A stretch of 46,855 nt of DNA from an uncultured Acidobacteriota bacterium (lineage in GTDB: Bacteria > Acidobacteriota > UBA6911 > RPQK01 > JAPXNP01). Within the stretch, counting starts at the first letter, position 1. Every line of letters starts with the position of its first letter. Both the position numbers and the translations under genes were made by a program. The stretch spans positions 1 through 46,855 of the forward strand of contig CAVZRV010000050.1 of assembly GCA_963777605.1 (NCBI GenBank), in the 5' to 3' direction. The notes beneath the pieces are model-generated. The model was given only the letters and a program-made list of their open reading frames with translations, was not told where the DNA came from and did not search any database. Positions 16,181 to 24,257 of this stretch are shown in pieces.

Positions 16181-17506
16181 ATGAACGCTGCTGAAGTGTT
16201 GAAAGCATGCCGGGATGAACGAGTGCGGTTTCTGCGGCTCCAGTTCATCGACATTCACGGAGTGACAAAGAATGTAGAGGTTCCCGAGGGACAGTTCGAG
16301 CACGCGATCAAGGGAAGCATCATGTTTGACGGCTCGGCGATCGAGGGCTTTTCCCGGATCGAGGAGTCGGACATGTTGTTGGCCCCTGATCCGAGCACGT
16401 TTCGGATCTTTCCCTTTGAGCAGATGGATCGGGGCAAAGTTGCGCGCTTGATCTGCGACGTCAAAAGGCCGGATGGCGCCGATTTCGAGGGGTGTTCCCG
16501 GACCCGGCTGAAGCGCATCCTGGAGGAGGCGGCGAAGTTTGGTTTCCGGTTCTTTGCCGGGATGGAGGCGGAGTTCTTTCTGTTCCTCAAAGATCGGGAC
16601 GGGAAGCCGACTGCAACTACCCATGATGCCGGGGGGTACTTTGATCTGACTCCGGTCGATCGAGGCGAGGAGGCGCGCCGGGACATGGTCAACGTCCTTG
16701 AAGCACTGGGCCTCGAAGTCGAAGGCGCCCATCACGAGGTCGCCCCCGGTCAACACGAGATCGATTTCAAGTTCGCCGAAGCCCTCGCCAGCGCCGACAA
16801 CATGACCACGTTCAAGCTGGTTGTCCGGAATATCGGCGATCGGCACGGTTTGCACGCCACCTTTATGCCCAAGCCGATTTTCGGCATCAACGGCTCGGGG
16901 ATGCACACTCATCAGTTTCTCACCCGCGACGGCAGAAACGCTTTCTTCGATGGATCCGGCGAGAACCAGTTGAGCCTCACTGCCAGGCAGTACATTGCCG
17001 GGCTGCTGAACCACGCACCGGGCTTCTGCGCAATCACCAATCCTCTGATCAACTCCTACAAGCGGCTGGTGCCCGGGTTCGAGGCCCCAACCAGCGTGGC
17101 GTGGTCGGAACAGAATCGCAGCCCGCTGATCCGGATCCCGGTCGAGCGGCATCAGTCAACCCGCTGTGAGTTACGGATGCCCGATCCGAGCTGTAATCCC
17201 TACCTGGCCCTGGCTGTGATGTTGAAAGCGGGACTCGACGGGATCCGCAGGAAGCTTGAGCCGCCCCCGCCGGTCAGCAAGAACATCTACACTATGAGCG
17301 TGAGGGAACGCCGCCGGCATAAGATCGCGGAATTGCCCTCGAGCCTTAACCAGGCACTGAACCAGTTGCGCAAGGACAAGGTCATTCAGGAGGCGCTGGG
17401 CTCCCACATTTACAAGCAGTTCATGATTGCAAAGCGCCAGGAGTGGGATTCCTACATTCAGCAGATTCACCCTTGGGAGATTGAGACCTACCTGGGCCGG
17501 TACTGA
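16181..17506 (+). CDS. glnA: Glutamine synthetase type I-alpha
   Basis: RFLRLQFIDIHG, MFDGSAIEGF, GGYFDL, HHEVAPGQHEIDF, FMPKPIFGINGSGMH, PGFEAP, ELRMPDPSCNPYL; 441 aa (short GSI-alpha length). Confidence 0.93.
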   Translation: MNAAEVLKACRDERVRFLRLQFIDIHGVTKNVEVPEGQFEHAIKGSIMFDGSAIEGFSRIEESDMLLAPDPSTFRIFPFEQMDRGKVARLICDVKRPDGADFEGCSRTRLKRILEEAAKFGFRFFAGMEAEFFLFLKDRDGKPTATTHDAGGYFDLTPVDRGEEARRDMVNVLEALGLEVEGAHHEVAPGQHEIDFKFAEALASADNMTTFKLVVRNIGDRHGLHATFMPKPIFGINGSGMHTHQFLTRDGRNAFFDGSGENQLSLTARQYIAGLLNHAPGFCAITNPLINSYKRLVPGFEAPTSVAWSEQNRSPLIRIPVERHQSTRCELRMPDPSCNPYLALAVMLKAGLDGIRRKLEPPPPVSKNIYTMSVRERRRHKIAELPSSLNQALNQLRKDKVIQEALGSHIYKQFMIAKRQEWDSYIQQIHPWEIETYLGRY

Positions 17507-17542
17507 CTTGACCTTGGAACTCGTGGGGCTGCTACGATTCCC

Positions 17543-17621
17543 AACGGAAGGCGCCAAGGGCGCCAAAGGCTATCGGGGTTCCAAACAAAGAGTAGCTTTG
17601 CGTTCTTGGCGCCTTAGCGTT
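17543..17621. repeat. Imperfect inverted repeat built from short tandem units (REP-like)
   Basis: AACGGAAGGCGCCAAGGGCGCCAAAGGCTA pairs imperfectly with TAGCTTTGCGTTCTTGGCGCCTTAGCGTT. Confidence 0.65.
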
Positions 17622-17663
17622 GAAATTAGAACCCGGGATGCGTCGCCGAGCGCGGCAAAGCAC

Positions 17664-17702
17664 TGTTAATAGATTTGTCAGTCGGTGTAATCGGTGTAAA
17701 AT
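17664..17702 (+). promoter_or_regulatory. Putative sigma70 promoter of the kinase gene with an overlapping palindromic operator
   Basis: TTGTCA (17675-80)-N16-TAAAAT (17697-702). The palindrome TGTTAA-TAGAT-TTGTCA (17664-80) covers the -35. Confidence 0.5.
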
Positions 17703-17711
17703 GTCTGCTCA

Positions 17712-19850
17712 GTGGGTACGCTCCGAAATCGACTTCTGATTTTTATTCTCCCTCTGTGCCTGTTGCCGTTGATCGGCATTTCGGTTTTCTCCTATTTTGT
17801 CGCCAAGGAGCGGATTACCCAGGACCGGATCGTGCTGTACCTGCAGCAGATTGCGGCGGAAGTTGCTGACGCTATCCAGTTGACCCTGCTCGAAAAGAAA
17901 GAAGAAACCGTTTCGATGACTCTCTACGGGGAGTTTCGGGACTATCTCACCGGACGCACGAACGAACCGCCGTCCCTGCTGCTCGATAAGCTCGTGCTGG
18001 TCCACGAGGTTTACGACGTCATCATCCTCTTCGACATCGACGGGAACCTGGTGCTGACCAATTCGATCGATCGCAACAGCAACCAGGATGTGATCGAGTA
18101 TCTGAATGCTACCGAACTGGAAAGCCTCAAGGGGCAGAGCCTGCTGCGCTACACTCCTGACTCGGAGTGGCTCCAGCAGGTTCGCAGCAGCCGGTTCGGC
18201 TACATCGACTGGCACATGTCTCCCCTGGTGCACAAGCTCTATCGTTACCTCGACAACGACATCGCCAAACAGTACTCGATTGGTTTCGCGGCCCCGATCC
18301 TTGACGACCGCAACGTGGTGGTCGGCGGCATCCTCGCCCTGATGAACTGGGAGTTCATCCAGGAGATGCTGGATAAGGTGGAGGAGGACCTCCAGGCCCG
18401 TTCCCTCGGCTCGGGCTACGCGTTTCTGTTCGGCAGGGACCAGAACACCATCATCGGACACAAGTACCGGCGCAACCGGAAGTACCCCTCGCTCACGGCC
18501 CGTGAATATGCCGCGGCTGTCGACAATTACGGGACCCGGCTGGTGGAGGACCACAATCTGACCGGGCTCCGGGAGGCGATTCAGAACGGACTTCCCTACT
18601 TCGAGTACGAGTACCCGCCGGGCACTTTCAAGATCAGCGGACTCTCAAGCCTGAACAACGAGTACTTCACCTGGGTGGTCGGAGTCGGGATCAACAACGA
18701 GGACATTTTCGCCCCGGTTCGGGAATTGCGGACCATCCTGATATCGGCGGCGTCGGCGACGATCTTGCTGGTTATCTTCCTAACCTATCGCGTTGCACGG
18801 CGGATTACGATCCCTCTGAACGAACTGAACCAGGGGGCCAAGTTGCTGGCGTCGGGAGATTTCTCTCGGAGAATCGCAGTCCGTGGAAAGGATGAGACCG
18901 CCCAGCTGGCGCGGTCATTCAATGAAATGGCCGGCTCCCTGGAGCTGCGGAGCCGGGAGTTGATCGAGTTGAACCGGATGCTGGAGGAGAAGGTCAAGGA
19001 TCGCACCCGGGAGCTGGAGTCGGCCAACCAGGAAATGGAGAGGGCCTACCACGAGTTGAAAGAGACCCAGTTCCAGCTCGTGCAATCGGAAAAGCTGGCC
19101 TCGCTCGGGCAACTGGTGGCCGGGATCGCCCACGAGATCAAGAACCCCTTGAACTTCATTTATGGAAACACCGACTTTCTGCGCCGTTACGTGGAGCAGT
19201 TGGACGGCCTTGTGAAGCTCTACGAAGAGCGCCCGAACATGGCTCAGGCCGACTCCGAGCGGATCGACCAATACAAGGAGGACATTAACTATGGCTTCCT
19301 CCGTGAGGACCTGGCGAGCCTGATCGACAATTTCGAGGAGGGGGCCAAGCGTATTCACTCGATCATCAGTGACCTGCGGACCTTCTCGCGGATGGAGAGC
19401 GGTGATCTGCGCCCCGCCGACGTCCATGAATCACTCGACCTGGCCTTGAGCCTGCTCCAGAACGAGTACCGCGACCGCATCGAAATCAGCAAGGATTACG
19501 GAGACTTGCCCAAGATCGAGTGCCATCCCGGGCGCTTGAACCAGGTTTTCATGAATCTGCTCTTGAATGCCTGCCAGGCCGTGAGGGGGCCGGGAACAAT
19601 CCGGATCGAAACCCGGCAGGATGGTGATTTCGTGGTGCTCAAGGTGCGCGATTCAGGCGAAGGAATCGATCCCGAGAACCTCGACCGGATCTTCGAGCCC
19701 TTCTTCACGACCAAGCCCGTGGGGACGGGGACCGGCCTCGGTCTCAGCGTCAGCTACGCCATCATCCGGGATCACAAGGGAACCATCACAGTAGAGAGCG
19801 AGAAGGGTAAGGGGACCGAGTTCAGCATTCGTCTGCCGATCGCCAAATGA
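17712..19850 (+). CDS. Membrane sensor histidine kinase (extracytoplasmic Cache-like domain, HAMP, HisKA, HATPase_c)
   Basis: Two TM helices flank a ~310-aa periplasmic region; HAMP (ITIPLNEL...[13 protein letters not shown]); H-box [11 protein letters not shown]; [32 protein letters not shown]. Confidence 0.95.
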   Translation: MGTLRNRLLIFILPLCLLPLIGISVFSYFVAKERITQDRIVLYLQQIAAEVADAIQLTLLEKKEETVSMTLYGEFRDYLTGRTNEPPSLLLDKLVLVHEVYDVIILFDIDGNLVLTNSIDRNSNQDVIEYLNATELESLKGQSLLRYTPDSEWLQQVRSSRFGYIDWHMSPLVHKLYRYLDNDIAKQYSIGFAAPILDDRNVVVGGILALMNWEFIQEMLDKVEEDLQARSLGSGYAFLFGRDQNTIIGHKYRRNRKYPSLTAREYAAAVDNYGTRLVEDHNLTGLREAIQNGLPYFEYEYPPGTFKISGLSSLNNEYFTWVVGVGINNEDIFAPVRELRTILISAASATILLVIFLTYRVARRITIPLNELNQGAKLLASGDFSRRIAVRGKDETAQLARSFNEMAGSLELRSRELIELNRMLEEKVKDRTRELESANQEMERAYHELKETQFQLVQSEKLASLGQLVAGIAHEIKNPLNFIYGNTDFLRRYVEQLDGLVKLYEERPNMAQADSERIDQYKEDINYGFLREDLASLIDNFEEGAKRIHSIISDLRTFSRMESGDLRPADVHESLDLALSLLQNEYRDRIEISKDYGDLPKIECHPGRLNQVFMNLLLNACQAVRGPGTIRIETRQDGDFVVLKVRDSGEGIDPENLDRIFEPFFTTKPVGTGTGLGLSVSYAIIRDHKGTITVESEKGKGTEFSIRLPIAK

Positions 19851-21277
19851 GCAAGAAATACGAAATCCTGATTGTCGACGACGAACAGGCCAACCTTCAA
19901 AAGTTGAAGCGCACATTCATCCGGGACTATGACGTCCTCGAGGCCTCTGGAGGCGAGGCGGCACTGGAATTGCTCAAGGAGCACCAGGTTGCGGGCATTA
20001 TCACCGATCAGCGGATGCCCGGCATGACCGGCGTCGAGTTGCTCCGCCGTTCCCTGGAATACGTCCCTGAGTCGATCCGGATCATCCTGACGGGCTACAC
20101 CGAGGTAGACGACTTGATGGACGCCATCAACGAGGGGCACGTGCATCGTTATGTCACCAAGCCGTGGGACCCCTTCTCACTCAAGGAGATGCTGCGCAGC
20201 GAGTTGGAAAGTTGGGAGTTGCGGCGAGAGAATCGCCGGCTGTCCCGGCAACTGCAGGAGGCCAACGAACGTCTGTCCCGCGAGAACGTCAAACTCAAGA
20301 GCGAAATGCAGGCGCTTCGTGATGAAAAGCCCTCCCTTATATACTCCAGCAAGGCGATGGCCGAACTGCTCGCTCTCCTCTCCCGGGTGGTTCAGACCGA
20401 TTCGACCGTCTTGATCCAGGGCGAAACAGGAACCGGCAAGGAACTCGTGGCCCGCTACCTCCATGAGCGCAGCACACGGGCTGACGGGGCATTCGTTCCG
20501 GTCAACTGCGGGGCGATCCCGTCGGAGTTAGTGGAGAGCAGCTTTTTTGGGCATCGAAAGGGAGCCTTCACCGGTGCCGCCGAGGATCGCAAAGGCTTCT
20601 TTCGTCTTGCCGACGGTGGGACGATCTTTCTCGACGAGATCGGAGAGGCTCCCCTGGAACTTCAGGTCAAGCTGCTTCGAGTGCTTCAGGAAGGGGAAAT
20701 CATCCCGGTCGGGGCGGAGCGAGCCGAAAAAGTGAATGTTCGGGTGGTTGCCTCCACCAACCGGAACCTGGCGGCTTTTGTTGACCAGGGTCGGTTCCGG
20801 CAGGATCTCTTTTTTCGTCTGAATGTCTTTTCGGTTCACGTTCCCCCGTTGCGTGCCCGCAGGGAGGATGTGCCGACCCTGGCACGCCATTTCCTGGAAC
20901 GGGCCGCCCGGCGGCTGAACAAGCAGGTGGTAGGGCTCACCGAGGAAACCCTGAACGTTCTCCAGGAGTACGATTGGCCGGGCAATGTCCGGGAGTTGGA
21001 GAATGAAGTGGAGCGCATGGTCATCCTCTGCGATTCGGGACGTGCGATTGGCCCGGAGTTGCTCAACGATCGTATCCGGCTCGCCCGGCCGGAACAGAAT
21101 TCGGACGGAACGCTCAAGGAACAGTTGGCCTACCTCGAGCGGGAGTTGATCCTGAACGCCCTCAAAGCACACGATCACAACAAGAGCCGGGCAGCAGAAG
21201 CACTGGGAATCACTCGCCAGACCATCATCGCCAAGTTGAAGCAATATCGCCGTAAATCTCGTGAACGGCAGATGTGA
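19847..21277 (+). CDS. Sigma54-dependent response regulator (NtrC/AtoC family enhancer-binding protein)
   Basis: Receiver (IVDDE, TDQRMPG, TKPW), GETGTGKE, intact GAFTGA, FLDEIGE, WPGNVRELEN, Fis-type HTH; 4-nt ATGA overlap with the kinase. Confidence 0.96.
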   Translation: MSKKYEILIVDDEQANLQKLKRTFIRDYDVLEASGGEAALELLKEHQVAGIITDQRMPGMTGVELLRRSLEYVPESIRIILTGYTEVDDLMDAINEGHVHRYVTKPWDPFSLKEMLRSELESWELRRENRRLSRQLQEANERLSRENVKLKSEMQALRDEKPSLIYSSKAMAELLALLSRVVQTDSTVLIQGETGTGKELVARYLHERSTRADGAFVPVNCGAIPSELVESSFFGHRKGAFTGAAEDRKGFFRLADGGTIFLDEIGEAPLELQVKLLRVLQEGEIIPVGAERAEKVNVRVVASTNRNLAAFVDQGRFRQDLFFRLNVFSVHVPPLRARREDVPTLARHFLERAARRLNKQVVGLTEETLNVLQEYDWPGNVRELENEVERMVILCDSGRAIGPELLNDRIRLARPEQNSDGTLKEQLAYLERELILNALKAHDHNKSRAAEALGITRQTIIAKLKQYRRKSRERQM

Positions 21278-21372
21278 ATTGTTTTAACAGTCAGTTAAAG
21301 TTCTGATTTCAAGCGACTTGACGTACTCTTTGCAGCGCTTCCAGTGGACGTAAGGTGTTAACAAAGTTAACG
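21273..21372 (+). promoter_or_regulatory. Two palindromic upstream activator sites with an IHF-like site between them
   Basis: TGTGAA-TTGTT-TTAACA (21273-89) and TGTTAA-CAAAG-TTAACG (21356-72). Minus-strand AATCAGAACTTTA (21296-308) fits WATCARNNNNTTR. Confidence 0.6.
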
Positions 21373-21423
21373 CAGGGGCATTTCCTGATCCCGGAAAGCC
21401 TTATTCTACGGGTCTCCCCGGTC

Positions 21424-21439
21424 TGGCACGAAGAATGCT
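21424..21439 (+). promoter_or_regulatory. Sigma54 (-24/-12) promoter of the ECF sigma gene
   Basis: TGGCACG-AAGA-ATGCT, with GG at 21425-26 and GC at 21437-38 (exact GG-N10-GC spacing). Predicted start site near 21450. Confidence 0.85.
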
Positions 21440-21464
21440 TACTTTATTGGCGAGGGCTGATGAT

Positions 21465-22034
21465 ATGGCAACTTACGCGGCAGATTTCTCATTCTTGGAA
21501 CCGAATTTCGTAGAAAAGCTTCAGACGTCCGACGAAGGGGCGTTCCAGGAGCTGTTTCGCCGATTTGGGCAGCGGATCTACCGGACGGCACTGCGGATCC
21601 TCAAAGAGGAAGAGTCCGCCAAGGATGCCCTGCAGGAGACACTCATCAACATTCATCGCGCCGCCGGCACCTTTCGTGGAGAGGCCAAGCTCGGGACCTG
21701 GATCAACCGGATCACGGTGAATGTCTGCCTGGAGATGATTCGGAAAAATCGAAAACATGGCAATCGCCTCGACGACGACATCAGCGAGAATGTCACCCTG
21801 CAGGATGTCAGTGCCCGTGACCCGTTTCGCGAGACCCAACGGGCGGAAGTCCGGAGCCGGGTGTGGAAGGGGCTGGCCCGTTTGAGCCGGAAGCACCGGG
21901 ACGTCGTGAGGATGCATGATCTGGAAGGCTATACGATTCGTGAGATCGCCGAACACACCAGCGTTGCCGAGGGCACAATCAAATCCCGGCTCTTCTACGG
22001 CCGGGAAGAACTCAAACGGCAGTTGGCTGCCTGA
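21465..22034 (+). CDS. ECF (sigma70 group 4) RNA polymerase sigma factor
   Basis: Region 2 (AFQELFRRF...IYRTALRIL...TWINRITVNVC) and region 4 (EGYTIREIAE...EGTIKSRLFYGR). ATG 21435 lies inside the sigma54 box, so ATG 21465 with a GAGGG RBS is preferred. Confidence 0.92.
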   Translation: MATYAADFSFLEPNFVEKLQTSDEGAFQELFRRFGQRIYRTALRILKEEESAKDALQETLINIHRAAGTFRGEAKLGTWINRITVNVCLEMIRKNRKHGNRLDDDISENVTLQDVSARDPFRETQRAEVRSRVWKGLARLSRKHRDVVRMHDLEGYTIREIAEHTSVAEGTIKSRLFYGREELKRQLAA

Positions 22035-22139
22035 CCTGGAGAATTCAACTGCGACGGCGGAGGAGCAGCGCTTCGCCGGTCGCAACTTCGAGTTCGTCCC
22101 TCCTGAAAAAACCACCACACACAGTGTTGGGGCGATAAA

Positions 22140-22170
22140 GCCCCGGAATCCGGAAGTCGGATTCCGGGGC
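22140..22170. repeat. Perfect 13-bp hairpin downstream of the ECF sigma gene
   Basis: GCCCCGGAATCCG-GAAGT-CGGATTCCGGGGC; no U-tract. Confidence 0.6.
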
Positions 22171-22219
22171 CGATACCTCCAGTCTCGAGACCATGGTGGT
22201 CCTTGCTCGATGTGCCGGA

Positions 22220-22228
22220 TGCTATAAT
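22220..22228 (+). promoter_or_regulatory. Extended -10 promoter for ORF 22255
   Basis: TGCTATAAT followed by a GGAGG RBS and ATG 22255. Confidence 0.6.
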
Positions 22229-22254
22229 CCCTCCGTCTTTAACCGGGAGGACTA

Positions 22255-23088
22255 ATGCAGGCCACTGAGCGCCTCAAGCATTTCAAGCGAATAGGCATAG
22301 GGGGGACGCTGGAGTGCCCCTTTGTACTCTTTGACGTTCGGGTTGACTATCACGATGTCCGGTCCGGGCAGTCCGGTTCGGAAACGGGGCTTTTCTCAGC
22401 GACGATCCTCGAGGACGAAGATCTGGATTGGACTCCCGACATGGTCCGGCGCGTTTCTTTCGATGAACTCGAAGAAACGGTTTCCCCGTACCCCGTAGAT
22501 TGGCCCGAGTCTGCCCAGAATCAGATCACCCGGTACATGTTGAAGCACTTTCACAGGACCGCGTGGAAGAACGTCGGCCTGGCCCTGTACTCCGGCCCGG
22601 GAGAATCGATCGAAGATTTCAACCAACGATGCCTGGAAGAACTTGTCGAGGATCGTCGTATCGCCGTGACCCAGATTCGAGACGTTTTCCTCCACCGGTT
22701 CATCGAGAACGAGCAGCGCGTGATGAGCCGTATGCGCGAGGAGGGATGGGACGAGCGAAGCCTGGAGGCGAGGCTTTCCGAAATCAAGGATGCTTTCTCC
22801 GAGGTTCGGGACCGGTTCAGCCGCTGCTTTCTGAACGAAAGCTGGGAGCCGTTGTCAGCGGAAGACTTGGTGTGGACGCGGCTGGCCGATGTAGAGGCCC
22901 AGGAACGTCTGGCGGCCCTTCGAGACGAGTTGATATCCCAGCACAATATGGCGATCGCTCAGGTCAAGCGCCGGCTGACCGAGATCGAACCCTATGAACT
23001 TGCACTTAACCACGCGGACATTGGCGTGACCCCGATCGGTTTCCTGTGGGAACAACAATCCGTGTCGCATCCCGAGTCCGATTCCTGA
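22255..23088 (+). CDS. Hypothetical soluble acidic protein, helical/coiled-coil C-terminal half
   Basis: 277-aa ORF filling the intergenic space with a strong RBS and promoter; no TM segment. Confidence 0.8.
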   Translation: MQATERLKHFKRIGIGGTLECPFVLFDVRVDYHDVRSGQSGSETGLFSATILEDEDLDWTPDMVRRVSFDELEETVSPYPVDWPESAQNQITRYMLKHFHRTAWKNVGLALYSGPGESIEDFNQRCLEELVEDRRIAVTQIRDVFLHRFIENEQRVMSRMREEGWDERSLEARLSEIKDAFSEVRDRFSRCFLNESWEPLSAEDLVWTRLADVEAQERLAALRDELISQHNMAIAQVKRRLTEIEPYELALNHADIGVTPIGFLWEQQSVSHPESDS

Positions 23089-23110
23089 CCTGTTTATAAT
23101 TCTCAGTATC

Positions 23111-24256
23111 GTGGAGCGGATTTTACTTGCACTCAGCGGAGGTGTGGACAGTTCGACGGCCGCACTCCTCCTCCGGGACCAGGGCTACGGCCTGATCGGA
23201 TGTACCATGCAGCTCTGGGACGTCCGGCGGAACCCGGCCGGACCAGAGGGACTGAAGATCGGCAGGTGTTGCTCCCTCGACGACACTTACGACGCCCGGA
23301 GGGTGGCCGAAAGGCTCGGTTTTCCGTTTTACGTTGTGAACCTGGAGCGGGAATTCGAACGGCACGTCGTGGCTCCCTTCATCAGCAGCTACCTCTCGGG
23401 AAGGACGCCGATTCCGTGCACGGCCTGCAATACTTTCCTGAAATTCGACCGCCTGCTGCAATTCGCCGAGAGTGTCGGCATCGACCGCGTGGCCACCGGG
23501 CACTACGCCCGTATCATCGACGGGGACGATGGGGCGCACTGGTTACTCAAGGGCAGAGATGCCGGGAAGGACCAGTCCTATTTTCTGTTCGAACTCAGCC
23601 AGGACCAGCTGGCTCGAATTCTCTTTCCGGTTGGAAGCTATGAAAAGAGCGAGATTCGCCGCAAGGCGCGAGGGGCAGGGCTGACCACGGCCGGGAAGCC
23701 CGACTCACAGGAAATCTGCTTCATCCCGGATGGAGATCACGCGGGTTTCATCCGTCGCAATGCCGGGGATGTCGATCAGGGCAATCTTCGGCTGCTGGAC
23801 CAACGCGACCGCAAAGGCCCGGTTCTCTTCAAGGACGGGACACGGTTGGGAACCCACGACGGCATCTTTCGATTTACTGTCGGGCAGCGCAAAGGCCTCG
23901 GAATCGCGCATTCGGAACCGCTCTACGTGATCCGGCTCGACCTGGCGCAGAACGCCGTCATTGTCGGGCACCGCGACGACGTTTTCCGGGACTTCCTGGA
24001 AGCCCGCAGGGTCAACTGGATCATGGCTGAACCGCCTGGGTTGCCGCTAAAGGCGAACGTGCGGATTCGATCCAACCACGAAGAGGCGCCGGCCGAGTTG
24101 AGTTACGTCGATCCATCGGACCCAACCCGGGTACGTGTCCGTTTCAGCCGCCCGCAATTGGCCGTGACTCCCGGCCAGGCTGCCGTCTTCTACCAGGGGG
24201 ATCGGGTTCTCGGGGGCGGGTGGATCCATATAGACGAACCCGCAGGGAACCACTGA
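23111..24256 (+). CDS. mnmA: tRNA-specific 2-thiouridylase
   Basis: PP-loop SGGVDS, TPIPCTACN, ATGHYA, KDQSYFL, DSQEICF, TPGQAAVFY. Confidence 0.97.
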   Translation: MERILLALSGGVDSSTAALLLRDQGYGLIGCTMQLWDVRRNPAGPEGLKIGRCCSLDDTYDARRVAERLGFPFYVVNLEREFERHVVAPFISSYLSGRTPIPCTACNTFLKFDRLLQFAESVGIDRVATGHYARIIDGDDGAHWLLKGRDAGKDQSYFLFELSQDQLARILFPVGSYEKSEIRRKARGAGLTTAGKPDSQEICFIPDGDHAGFIRRNAGDVDQGNLRLLDQRDRKGPVLFKDGTRLGTHDGIFRFTVGQRKGLGIAHSEPLYVIRLDLAQNAVIVGHRDDVFRDFLEARRVNWIMAEPPGLPLKANVRIRSNHEEAPAELSYVDPSDPTRVRVRFSRPQLAVTPGQAAVFYQGDRVLGGGWIHIDEPAGNH

Positions 24257-24257
24257 G

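Noticed and set aside
16181-17506. Gamma-glutamyl-amine ligase (PuuA-like) instead of true GS
   Set aside because: Ammonium-site and flap residues (DGS, GGYFD, FEAP) of GSI-alpha are retained.
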